The position numbers and the translations under genes are program-made. Under the pieces are notes generated by a model, which made no database searches, was not told the DNA's origin, and was given only the letters and a program-made list of their open reading frames with translations. A stretch of DNA of 64,000 nt from Pyrinomonadaceae bacterium. GTDB taxonomy: Bacteria; Acidobacteriota; Blastocatellia; Pyrinomonadales; Pyrinomonadaceae. Shown piece after piece: positions 1-7,730 of the stretch (positions are counted from its first letter, which is position 1; the number at the start of each line of letters is the position of its first letter). The stretch covers positions 41 to 64,040 of the forward strand of contig DATLMV010000044.1 in assembly GCA_035537095.1 (NCBI GenBank), read 5' to 3'.

Positions 1-690
1 GTGCCGCTGCGTCGAGTGCGCGTCCAGATGGAGGCTGACGGCGCGGAACGTCCCCGAAGGATGTTCCACGTCCGCCACGACCGCGCGCTGGCAACCCAGA
101 CGCTTCTCCTTGCCCTTCAGTTTGTCTTTGCCATTCGGCAGGGCCAGCGAATGCGCGCGCCGCAGCGGGTAACGCGAGAGCAGCGCGTTGCCATGCAGCG
201 CCTGCCGGTTCTCGCCCGCCACCTCGCTCTCCAAGCCGCTCCCCTTATTCAACGCCAGATAACAGGGCGCAAAGACGTAGTTGAAACCGAGCGACTCCGC
301 AATCTCGCGCGCGACGAAACGGTTGAGCGAGCGCGCCATTCCGTAATCCAACTCGGTCAGCAACAGCACGTCGCTCGCGCCGACGAGCGGGTGTTCGCGT
401 AGTACGCGGATGATTCCTTCCAGACGCGTGCCCCGCTCGATGTTCCACGCCGTCGCACGAATCGCACGCGATGCCGACGACGGCGCGACGCTCACCCCGC
501 GCGGCGCGAAATCCTCCTGCACGACGCTTCCGAGCACCCCCTCAATCTCCGCACGCAACTCTGCATACAGCGCGGAGGCTCGCAAAGCCTTCGTCGAGGG
601 AAAGCGCGCGAGCGCGTCGAAGTGCGCCCCGAGATTGTGTTCGAGCGGAGAAGTCGCCGGAGTTTCCGGCAGCGTGATCGTGTTATCCAA
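1..690 (-). CDS. Endonuclease/exonuclease/phosphatase (EEP) family protein, C-terminus cut by window edge
   Basis: Minus-strand frame is open from TTG at 690-688 (in-frame TAA at 693-691 just upstream) to base 1. It is absent from the ORF track because no stop lies in the window. Own translation: ...RATAWNIERGTRLEGIIRVLREHPLVGASDVLLLTELDYGMARS...HGNALLSRYPL...FRAVSLHLDAHS, the pattern typical of EEP nucleases/phosphatases. Confidence 0.7.
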   Translation of the reverse strand, partial: MDNTITLPETPATSPLEHNLGAHFDALARFPSTKALRASALYAELRAEIEGVLGSVVQEDFAPRGVSVAPSSASRAIRATAWNIERGTRLEGIIRVLREHPLVGASDVLLLTELDYGMARSLNRFVAREIAESLGFNYVFAPCYLALNKGSGLESEVAGENRQALHGNALLSRYPLRRAHSLALPNGKDKLKGKEKRLGCQRAVVADVEHPSGTFRAVSLHLDAHSTQRH

Positions 691-708
691 TTATCTCAAC
701 CGGAAAAT

Positions 709-812
709 TTTAACAGGATGAAAAAGAGACAGGGGAAACGGGTAAAAGGTTAAAGGGTCAAAGGGATAAAGACGGTTGCCTTCCTTTTCCCGTTTACCCT
801 TTCACCCTTTTT
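709..812 (+). repeat. Intergenic composite element: TTTAACAGGATG leader + purine-rich block + pyrimidine-rich block (GGGTAAA type)
   Basis: Leader tttaacaggat at 709-719 and gaaaaagagaca at 720-731. G/A block 732-768, C/T block 781-812. Arm 752-765 (aaagggtcaaaggg) is complementary to 797-810 (ccctttcacccttt) with one mismatch. Confidence 0.75.
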
Positions 813-1303
813 TAACGCCACTTCTTCATCTTTTGGAAACGCTTTTTGACGAGGTCGCGTTTGAGCGGGGTGAGGCGGTCAATGAAGAGAAGGCCGTCGC
901 AATGGTCTGTTTCGTGGAGGAAGCAGCGCGCGGCAAGACCGGAGGCTTCCTGCTCGTAGAACTGCCCGCGCGCGTCCTGCGCACGCAGCCGGACGCGTTC
1001 GCCGCGCTTCAGAGGCATCCCGACCTTTCCCACCGAGAGACATCCTTCATCGCCCTCCTGCTCGCCCTCGACGCTCAGGATTTCCGGGTTGGCCGCGACC
1101 AGCCTGAGCCCTTCGCAATCCATGACGAAGAGACGCAGAGACAGATCCACCTGCGGCGCGGCCAGCCCGACCCCCTCCTCGGCGTACATCGTCTCGAACA
1201 TGTCCGCGACCAGACGCTCCAACTCCGCGTCGAACGTCTCGACCGGCGCGCCCACCTGCGCGAGCACCTTCGCCGGATATTCAACCACCTTCAGAATCGT
1301 CAT
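812..1303 (-). CDS. def: Peptide deformylase
   Basis: Track ORF 812..1453 trimmed to the internal ATG at 1303-1301 (MTILKVVEYPAKVL...), 163 aa. Carries the three deformylase motifs GVGLAAPQ, EGCLS and HETDH. Confidence 0.9.
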   Translation of the reverse strand: MTILKVVEYPAKVLAQVGAPVETFDAELERLVADMFETMYAEEGVGLAAPQVDLSLRLFVMDCEGLRLVAANPEILSVEGEQEGDEGCLSVGKVGMPLKRGERVRLRAQDARGQFYEQEASGLAARCFLHETDHCDGLLFIDRLTPLKRDLVKKRFQKMKKWR

Positions 1304-1497
1304 CAGCGAAACTCCCGCCCGCGCGCCTGTCGTCGCCAACTGTCCTTGACGTTGAAACGCTTCTCGCCGCGCGAGAAGCACGACCAGCAGACGTAGCGCA
1401 CGGAGTTGTCCGGCGCGTCCAACTTGATGACGTGTGTCGTCTCGCGGTCGCACTTCTCACAGCGCGGTGCTGTCACATTCTCATCCGTTGTAGGCAT
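1303..1497 (-). CDS. Small zinc-ribbon-like protein (hypothetical)
   Basis: 64-aa ORF with two CxxC pairs (CEKC ... CWSC). Its TGA (1305-1303) shares one base with the def ATG (1303-1301), suggesting translational coupling. Confidence 0.5.
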   Translation of the reverse strand: MPTTDENVTAPRCEKCDRETTHVIKLDAPDNSVRYVCWSCFSRGEKRFNVKDSWRRQARGREFR

Positions 1498-1755
1498 AGG
1501 CTCTCCTTCGCGTCTCGTTTAAACGGCGGTTTTGCTGCGGGGAATAATTCTATAGCGGCGCGGGATTGAACGCGAGTCGCCGCGCGCAAGGGCTCAGGCG
1601 ACGCCCGACGGTTCAAGCGCGCAGGCGGCGTTGAGATTTAACAGGATAGACAGAATGAAAATAGAGACGCGGGGAGGGTCGCTTTTTTTTGTTTGGAGAG
1701 GGAAACGGAAGGGGGATGTTTGATGCGGTATTTTATGAGGGAGAACGGGGCAGGC

Positions 1756-2676
1756 TTATTTGTTAACGACGCGGAAGGAATACCGCCCGGCATCTTCCGG
1801 CTCGCCGCCGGAGGCAAAGCCGCGCAGCCTGACTTGATAATCGCTGCGCTCAAACAGACTGGCAGGCACATCCAGATTGACGACCGCGCCCGCGCCCGTG
1901 CTGTCGGCTGTCAGGCGGTCGAAGCGTCGAAGCTCGCGCCCCTCGAAGTTTTCGAGACGGGCCTCGTAGGTCGCGTGCGCGCCGTCGGTTTCGAGTTGGA
2001 GGCGGACGGTCTGTGTTCCGGACGGAATTTCCAGACGCTTCGTCGCCCCCGCGTCGCGCGCCAGACCGGGCGTGAGCGTGACGGCGAAGACACCCGCGCC
2101 CGTCCCGCGACGCGACGCCGAATCGTCGCCTGAAGATTTCGTCAGTAACCACCACGAGCCGCCGAAGACGAAGACGAGCAGCGCCGCCGCCAGCGCGAAA
2201 CTCCAGGCCGGTCGCGGCCCTTGCAGGAAGGACGGAAGATATTTTTTACGTACGGGAGTCGGCAGCGGAGTCTGCCGCGCGGAATCCAAGACGCGTGCGG
2301 GCGACGAATCCGTCGCGTTTAGAGTTGACAAATCCGTCGCGTCCGCAGACGACAGAGTTGATATATCAACTGCGTCCGCTGCTTCTGCTTCGATGCTCGC
2401 CGCGACGTTCAGATACTTGTTGAAGGCGCGGGCGAATCTCAGTTTCTGTTGTCGTTCGGGTGTCGAGAGAAAGAAGTTTTCAAAACGCTCGCGCTCGACG
2501 GCGGGCAGCAGGCCGGAGAGATAACGGTCTATCAAATCGTCTTCGGAGGCCAGCAGTTCGTCGAAGAAATCGTCGTCGGTGAGAAGTTTTTCCTCGACCC
2601 TTTGGCGGCCTTCGGGGTCGAGCGAGCCCAACAGGTAGTTGCGGATATCCCCTTCATTATCAAGATGTTGTCTCAT
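1756..2676 (-). CDS. Putative anti-sigma factor, single-pass membrane protein
   Basis: 306 aa. N-terminal helical segment YLLGSLDPEGRQRVEEKLLTDDDFFDELL...RFENFFLSTPERQQKL, one TM helix (WSFALAAALLVFVFGGSWWLL), and a C-terminal extracytoplasmic domain of about 115 aa. Lies directly downstream of a sigma gene. Confidence 0.6.
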   Translation of the reverse strand: MRQHLDNEGDIRNYLLGSLDPEGRQRVEEKLLTDDDFFDELLASEDDLIDRYLSGLLPAVERERFENFFLSTPERQQKLRFARAFNKYLNVAASIEAEAADAVDISTLSSADATDLSTLNATDSSPARVLDSARQTPLPTPVRKKYLPSFLQGPRPAWSFALAAALLVFVFGGSWWLLTKSSGDDSASRRGTGAGVFAVTLTPGLARDAGATKRLEIPSGTQTVRLQLETDGAHATYEARLENFEGRELRRFDRLTADSTGAGAVVNLDVPASLFERSDYQVRLRGFASGGEPEDAGRYSFRVVNK

Positions 2677-2747
2677 CTGCCCGCTGCGCCCCCACTACCG
2701 AGCCTTCCCGCCCTTCCAACTGTTTATGCGAATTTCCCGATTCCATT

Positions 2748-3329
2748 TCACCCCGCCGCGCGCTCGGCCAGACAATCCTGCACGCATTGTTGGACGGTCA
2801 GGCGAATGCGGTGCGCGCGGATTCTGAGGGCGTTGAGCGCGATGCCGAGTTGTTCGGCGAGCCGCTTGCGGTTGTCAATCTTGGCCTGCCGCTCTTCCTG
2901 ATAATACTGCAAGAGCAGTTTGCGCTTGAGCGGCGCGAGGCGTTGCATGCAATGTTCCAGACACTCGTACTCGTCCGCTTCCGTCTCGTCCGTCTCGACC
3001 GTCGCCGCCGCGAGCGGCATCTGCGGCACAACCGTGTGTGGTCGCTTGCGTAAGTATTCGAGATGGACGCGCTGCGCGACGCCGTAAAAATAGAGCGCGG
3101 GATCGCCCGTCCAATCCGCCTCTATCTCGCTCAGTTTTTTGGTGACGCGATTGATGGTCTCATCCGACAGGACATCCGACTCGGTGCAGCCGCGACAGCT
3201 AAAAATTTTAATCAGCCGACACCGAATCTCTTCATACTTTCTTCCGGCCTCTTCGCGGCTCTCCGGATTGAGCCAGACGAGCAGCCGGTCGAAATCCTCT
3301 TGCGTTAGCACCCATTCTTTGTTCATCAA
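2748..3329 (-). CDS. ECF-type sigma-70 family RNA polymerase sigma factor
   Basis: 193 aa. Region-4-like HTH (RKRLAEQLGIALNALRIRAHRIRL) plus a region-2-like segment. The small size and the adjacent anti-sigma-like gene fit an ECF sigma factor. Confidence 0.75.
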   Translation of the reverse strand: MMNKEWVLTQEDFDRLLVWLNPESREEAGRKYEEIRCRLIKIFSCRGCTESDVLSDETINRVTKKLSEIEADWTGDPALYFYGVAQRVHLEYLRKRPHTVVPQMPLAAATVETDETEADEYECLEHCMQRLAPLKRKLLLQYYQEERQAKIDNRKRLAEQLGIALNALRIRAHRIRLTVQQCVQDCLAERAAG

Positions 3330-3420
3330 CTGATAGCCGGTCGGAATCTTGTTGCTCCGCCTTACAAAGCGTTCCAGAGAGCTTATCTTGACAACTTTGC
3401 GCGCGCATCACTCGCCGAAG

Positions 3421-6400
3421 TCAAAGCGCGGCGCGCGTCGTTCGCCTGCGCTTCTTGCGCCTGACAGTATAGATGCTGCCTCCGAGAAGTGTTAGCGTCA
3501 GAGCGACGGCGCTGCCCATCGCCGCCTGCCGTCCGGCGAAGCGCGGCGTCTCGCCGGGGATGTTGATCGCGCCTTCGTATTCGCCTTGCAGGACGAAGGC
3601 GGCCCAGTAGTAGGGCGAGCGCCAACGCTTCTGCCGCCACATGGCGATTTGCGCTTCGCGCAGTGCGGCGGCGGGCGTCATGCCTTCGCCGAGCATCCTC
3701 CGGTAGAACTGCTTCATCAACGCGGCGGTCGCTTCGTCGTCCACCTTCCACAGCGAGGCCATCACGCGCGGCGCGCCCGCATACATGAAGCCGCGCGTCA
3801 GCCCGACCAGCCCCTCGCCTCTGATCTCCTTGCCGAGTCCGGTGTTGCACGCGCTCAAGACGACGAGGTCTGCCGAGAGATTCAGACTGTAGATGTCCGG
3901 CAGGCGCAGGAACCCGTCCTGCGCCTGCCCGCGCTCGTCGAAGCGCGAGAGGACGAGGCCGGAGAGTTCGGGGTGCAGGCTGTCAATGATGCCGTGAGTG
4001 GCGAAGTGGACGATGCGATAGTCTGCGAGGCTCGGGTCGGTGGCGCGTGCGCGGCTGGCGTCGAAGCCGACGGCGCGCAGGCTCGCGCCCGCAGGCGCAA
4101 AAGACATGATCGCCTCGGCCTCGTCCTGCGAAGCGAACAGACGCGCGAGACGCAGGTCGTCTTCTCCCGCCGGAGCATCGCGCTCGCCGGAGACTGTTTG
4201 CAGTTCCGGCGTCTGCGACTCACGCTCGCGTGCGTTCTTCGTCTGCTTCGCGCGCGCCGCGACGAGACGCGCGTCTTCATACTCGAACACGGGGTCGGCC
4301 ACAACGGCGACGGCCTTCGGTGCGGGCGGACGCCGCGCGGTCTCCTGCCGCAGCGCGGCCAGCGCCGACGCCGAAGGCAGATAGACTATCTCGTGGCGCA
4401 GCATCAACGGCTCGCTCTCGACTTTGTCGCCGCGCGCCGCCGTGCCGTCGTCCTGCGCGCTCGCTTGCGGCGGCGCGTTCGTCTCTTGCTGTTGCGTGTT
4501 CGTCTCTTGCCGTGCGTTTGTCTCTTGCTGCGCGTTCGTCTCCGCGACGGTCAGAGCGTGAAAGGGAACGTACTGCAACGCGCCGTCGGCGACGATGAGA
4601 AGACGCTTGTTCTCCAAACGCGCGGCCAGAGGCCCGAGCAACATTTGACCGAGCGCGGCGGCCTGCGGCCAGTAGTCGGCGCTGGCGCGTGATTGTCGCG
4701 CCTGACGCTCCGGCAGGCTCTCGCCCGCGACGGGTTGATGCGCGAGCAGCAGTTCGTAGAGGCGACGCGCCGCCCGCTCGATCTCGGCGCGGCGGGGCAG
4801 TTCGTAGCTCTCGACGGAGTCGCGCGTGACGGCCCAGAGGTAACTGCGTTCGTCGCCGAGCGAGTATTCCAACATGAGCGTGCGTTCGTCGAGCACCTGA
4901 CGGCGAATCTCCGCGAGGCTGAGCGGGACGGGCCGCGTCAGCGCGGCGTAGCGCGGGCTGCGCTCGCGGCTCTGCGCTTCGAGCAGGTCGTACTGCGCCG
5001 TCAGGTTGCGTATCTCCTGCGCGAGCGCGGCGGCTTCCTCGTCGGTGTGCTTGCCGCTCAACAACTTCATCTGTCGTTCGGCGCGGGCGGCGAGCGCGCC
5101 GCGCAACTCGCGCTCGCGTTCCAAAAGCTTCGGGTCAATGTTGCGACGGATGCGCGCGCGGGCTTCGGAGAGGAGTTCGAGCAGGCTGCGCGCGCGTGCG
5201 CGCTCGCTCGCGTCGAGGGCGGCGACGTTCAAGCCCTCCGACGGTCGCTCGTCGTGCATCCGCATCAGCACGTCAATATAGAGTTCGTAATGCTGGTGGA
5301 CGGAGGCGAAGTAAGAGGCGCGCAAGCCTTCGCTGGAGACTCCGGCGCGCTGGCGTTCGATGAGTTCAATCGCGTCCTCGATCTGCGCGCGCGCTTCCCG
5401 CAGGTTCCCCACGTCGCGCTCGACGCGCGCGATGTTGTAGAGCGCGGACGCTTCCCCCGTGCGGTCTTCAACCTGACGGCTGAGCGCGAGCGCGGCGTCG
5501 AAACTGACGCGCGCGCGTTGTTTGTCGTCGAGAGAATCGTAGATCAAGCCGAGATTGTTGAGGGTCGAAGCCTCGCCCATCTTGTCTTCGAGCGTGCGGT
5601 AGAGCGGCAGGGCTTGGTTGTAAAAATCGCGCGCGCGCTGCTTGTCGCCGAGAGAGCTATAGACCATGCCGCTCGAATTGAGCGCGTAGGCTTTGGCGAG
5701 ACGATAGTTGAGCGCGGGGTTGAAGGAGAGCACCTGACGGTAACATTCCAGAGCCTCGCTCGCCTTCTCCAGAGATTGATACGCGCGACCGAGCAGGACG
5801 AGCGCGATGCTCTCATAATCGCGGTTGCCGACGGCGTGAAAGAGTTTGACGGCGCGGTCGTAGCAATCAACGGCGTGCTGGTGCTGCCCGAGATGATCGT
5901 AGACGTAGCCGAGGCCGTTGAGCGCGACGGCCTCGCCGCTGCGGTCGCCCATCCGGCGGAAAAGCTCGACCGAATCCTTGTGCAGGACGAGGGCGCGCTG
6001 CTTGTCGCCGAGATAAGAGTGTGCGCCGCCGAGCGCGGTCAGCGAGAGGGCTTCGCCCTGCCGGTCGCCGTTCTGCTTCCAGAGCGCGAGGGCGCGCTCG
6101 TAAAACTCCAAAGCCTTCGGCATCTCGCGCAGGTCGTAATGCGCGTAGCCGAGATTGTTCAACGCCTGCGCCTGCCCGCGCGTGTCGCCCGTCTCCTGCC
6201 AGAGGGCGAGGGCGCGCGTGAAATAGTCCAGAGCCTTCGGTATTTCGCTTGAAAAATAATAGACCTCGCCCAGATTATTGAGGGCTTGCGCCTCGACGCG
6301 GCGGTCGCCGACGCTGCGACCGAGACGCCGCGCGCGCTGGCAGAAGTCGCCCGCCTTCGGGGTTTCTCCGAGATAAATATAGACGTAGCCGATGTCGTTG

Positions 6401-6864
6401 AGGGTCTTTGCCTCGCCGCTTGTGTCCTTCGCGGCGCGCTCAAGCGCGAGGGCTTCCTTGTAAGCGTCGAGCGCGCGGGCGTACTCGCTGAGCGTGTAAT
6501 GAATGTCGCCGGTGCGCGAGAGCGCGGCGGCCTCCGCGCGCACGTCGCCCGCCGCACGCGCTTCCGCACGCGCCCGCTCGTACTCCTTGACGGCGGCGCG
6601 CGCCGCATCCTCACGCCACTCGCCGCGCAGACGTTCGCCGCGCGCAAACGCGCTCTCGAAAGTCGCGTCGTGATCTTCTCCCGTCGTCGCAGCCGCACCC
6701 GCTTGTGCGTCGTTCGGTGCGGCATGCACTACCCTGAGGCGCGACGCGGGCCTCGATGCCGCGCACACTAGAAGGAGCGCGAGCGAGAGTGGAAGGATGG
6801 AACGGCGGCGCAACTGACGGAGCCTTTCCGAAGCCGCGCGGTATCGTGTTAATTGACGAATCAT
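3421..6864 (-). CDS. TPR-repeat CHAT-domain protease with N-terminal signal/anchor and C-terminal TM anchor
   Basis: Track ORF 3421..7023 trimmed to the ATG at 6864-6862 (MIRQLTRYRAASERLRQLRRRSILPLSLALLLVCAA...), 1147 aa. About ten TPR-like repeats (ALNNLG.VY...G....A..Y...AL). CHAT dyad in VHFATHG (His codon 3996-3994) and VVLSACNTG (Cys codon 3849-3847). C-terminal hydrophobic helix followed by RRKKRRR. Confidence 0.9.
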   Translation of the reverse strand: MIRQLTRYRAASERLRQLRRRSILPLSLALLLVCAASRPASRLRVVHAAPNDAQAGAAATTGEDHDATFESAFARGERLRGEWREDAARAAVKEYERARAEARAAGDVRAEAAALSRTGDIHYTLSEYARALDAYKEALALERAAKDTSGEAKTLNDIGYVYIYLGETPKAGDFCQRARRLGRSVGDRRVEAQALNNLGEVYYFSSEIPKALDYFTRALALWQETGDTRGQAQALNNLGYAHYDLREMPKALEFYERALALWKQNGDRQGEALSLTALGGAHSYLGDKQRALVLHKDSVELFRRMGDRSGEAVALNGLGYVYDHLGQHQHAVDCYDRAVKLFHAVGNRDYESIALVLLGRAYQSLEKASEALECYRQVLSFNPALNYRLAKAYALNSSGMVYSSLGDKQRARDFYNQALPLYRTLEDKMGEASTLNNLGLIYDSLDDKQRARVSFDAALALSRQVEDRTGEASALYNIARVERDVGNLREARAQIEDAIELIERQRAGVSSEGLRASYFASVHQHYELYIDVLMRMHDERPSEGLNVAALDASERARARSLLELLSEARARIRRNIDPKLLERERELRGALAARAERQMKLLSGKHTDEEAAALAQEIRNLTAQYDLLEAQSRERSPRYAALTRPVPLSLAEIRRQVLDERTLMLEYSLGDERSYLWAVTRDSVESYELPRRAEIERAARRLYELLLAHQPVAGESLPERQARQSRASADYWPQAAALGQMLLGPLAARLENKRLLIVADGALQYVPFHALTVAETNAQQETNARQETNTQQQETNAPPQASAQDDGTAARGDKVESEPLMLRHEIVYLPSASALAALRQETARRPPAPKAVAVVADPVFEYEDARLVAARAKQTKNARERESQTPELQTVSGERDAPAGEDDLRLARLFASQDEAEAIMSFAPAGASLRAVGFDASRARATDPSLADYRIVHFATHGIIDSLHPELSGLVLSRFDERGQAQDGFLRLPDIYSLNLSADLVVLSACNTGLGKEIRGEGLVGLTRGFMYAGAPRVMASLWKVDDEATAALMKQFYRRMLGEGMTPAAALREAQIAMWRQKRWRSPYYWAAFVLQGEYEGAINIPGETPRFAGRQAAMGSAVALTLTLLGGSIYTVRRKKRRRTTRAAL
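4475..4543 (-). repeat. In-frame 18-21-nt tandem repeat inside the CHAT domain gene (ETNAQQ x4)
   Basis: Core gtt(c/t)gtctc(t/c)t recurs at 4477, 4498, 4516 and 4534 (periods 21, 18, 18). It encodes ETNAQQETNARQETNTQQQETNAPPQ. Confidence 0.85.
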
Positions 6865-7181
6865 AGACGGCCCTCCTGCGCTCAAAAGAGGCTCGAAGGT
6901 TTTGCCTGTCGGGTTTGGAATACTTTTGGAGACCTTACGAGGTAGCTGGACGAACGGAGCGGGTAAGCTTTCGTCTGGCCCGAAATGGAAGCTACTTTCT
7001 AACACGAATAAATGCGCCCGCACAAATATTTTCGCGCGCCCGAAATGAAAGAGGCCCGCCGACTTTGGCGCGCGCCCGTCTCTTGGCGGGCCGCACGGTC
7101 GGCGGGCATCTGTGAGACGCGGGGGAGGCGTCTCGTCCCGGAAAGTTTTCGCTCGCGGTTTGACGACTGCTTCCGGTTCGT

Positions 7182-7586
7182 CTATTTGCTGTCTCCACCC
7201 GGCGCTGGCGGCGTCGGCGTGACTTTGCCTTGCGGCGGCTGGCCTTCCTCTTCAATGCGCTGCAATCTGTTCTCGACGAAGTCTATCCTTTCGTCGTAAC
7301 TCTCGAAGGCCATCGCGGCCCCGCCCTCGATGCGGTCAATTCTCGTCTCAAGGCGGTCAACCCTGTTTCCTGACGCGACCTCGATGCGGTCGAGACGCGC
7401 TTCGATGCGCGAGAGCCATCCCTCCAGACGCCCGAACCATGCCGCGACCTCCTCAGGCTTGCCCGAAAAGCCGCCGCCCTTGCCCGCAAACCCGCCGGAG
7501 AACCCGCCGCCTTTGCCCCCAAAGCCGCCGCCCCCGCCGCCGGAGAATCCGCCTCCCTTACCTCCGAATCCGCCTCCCTCAGCCAT
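7182..7586 (-). CDS. Glycine-rich (GGGFSG repeats) / coiled-coil protein, hypothetical
   Basis: 134 aa. N-terminus MAEGGGFGGKGGGFSGGGGGGFGGKGGGFSGGFAGKGGGFSG, then heptad-spaced RLDRIE / RVDRLE / RIDRIE / RLQRIE repeats. AAAGGAG-type RBS upstream of the ATG at 7586. Confidence 0.6.
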   Translation of the reverse strand: MAEGGGFGGKGGGFSGGGGGGFGGKGGGFSGGFAGKGGGFSGKPEEVAAWFGRLEGWLSRIEARLDRIEVASGNRVDRLETRIDRIEGGAAMAFESYDERIDFVENRLQRIEEEGQPPQGKVTPTPPAPGGDSK

Positions 7587-7730
7587 TGCCTTTCGCTCCT
7601 TTCATTCATGTGAGTAATGCGTTCATCCAATCGCCTGCGCGACCGTTATCCGCTCCGCGCCAAATCTTCGCCCGGCATCCGGCGTCCGCCCCTCGCACGT
7701 GAGAACGCTTGCCCGCGCGCGTTGCGCGTC

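Noticed and set aside
4693-6252. 519-aa plus-strand ORF opposite the TPR region of the CHAT gene. The following track ORFs are the same kind of shadow ORF:
- 3586..4692
- 13002..14372
- 21391..22695
- 22990..24231
- 25672..26991
- 31558..32721
- 32372..33706
- 49475..50599
- 50596..52110
- 56015..57463
   Set aside because: Each lies antisense to, or out of frame with, a gene that has strong family motifs. All have biased Arg/Ala-rich composition and no motifs, and none has an RBS-like start context that I could see.
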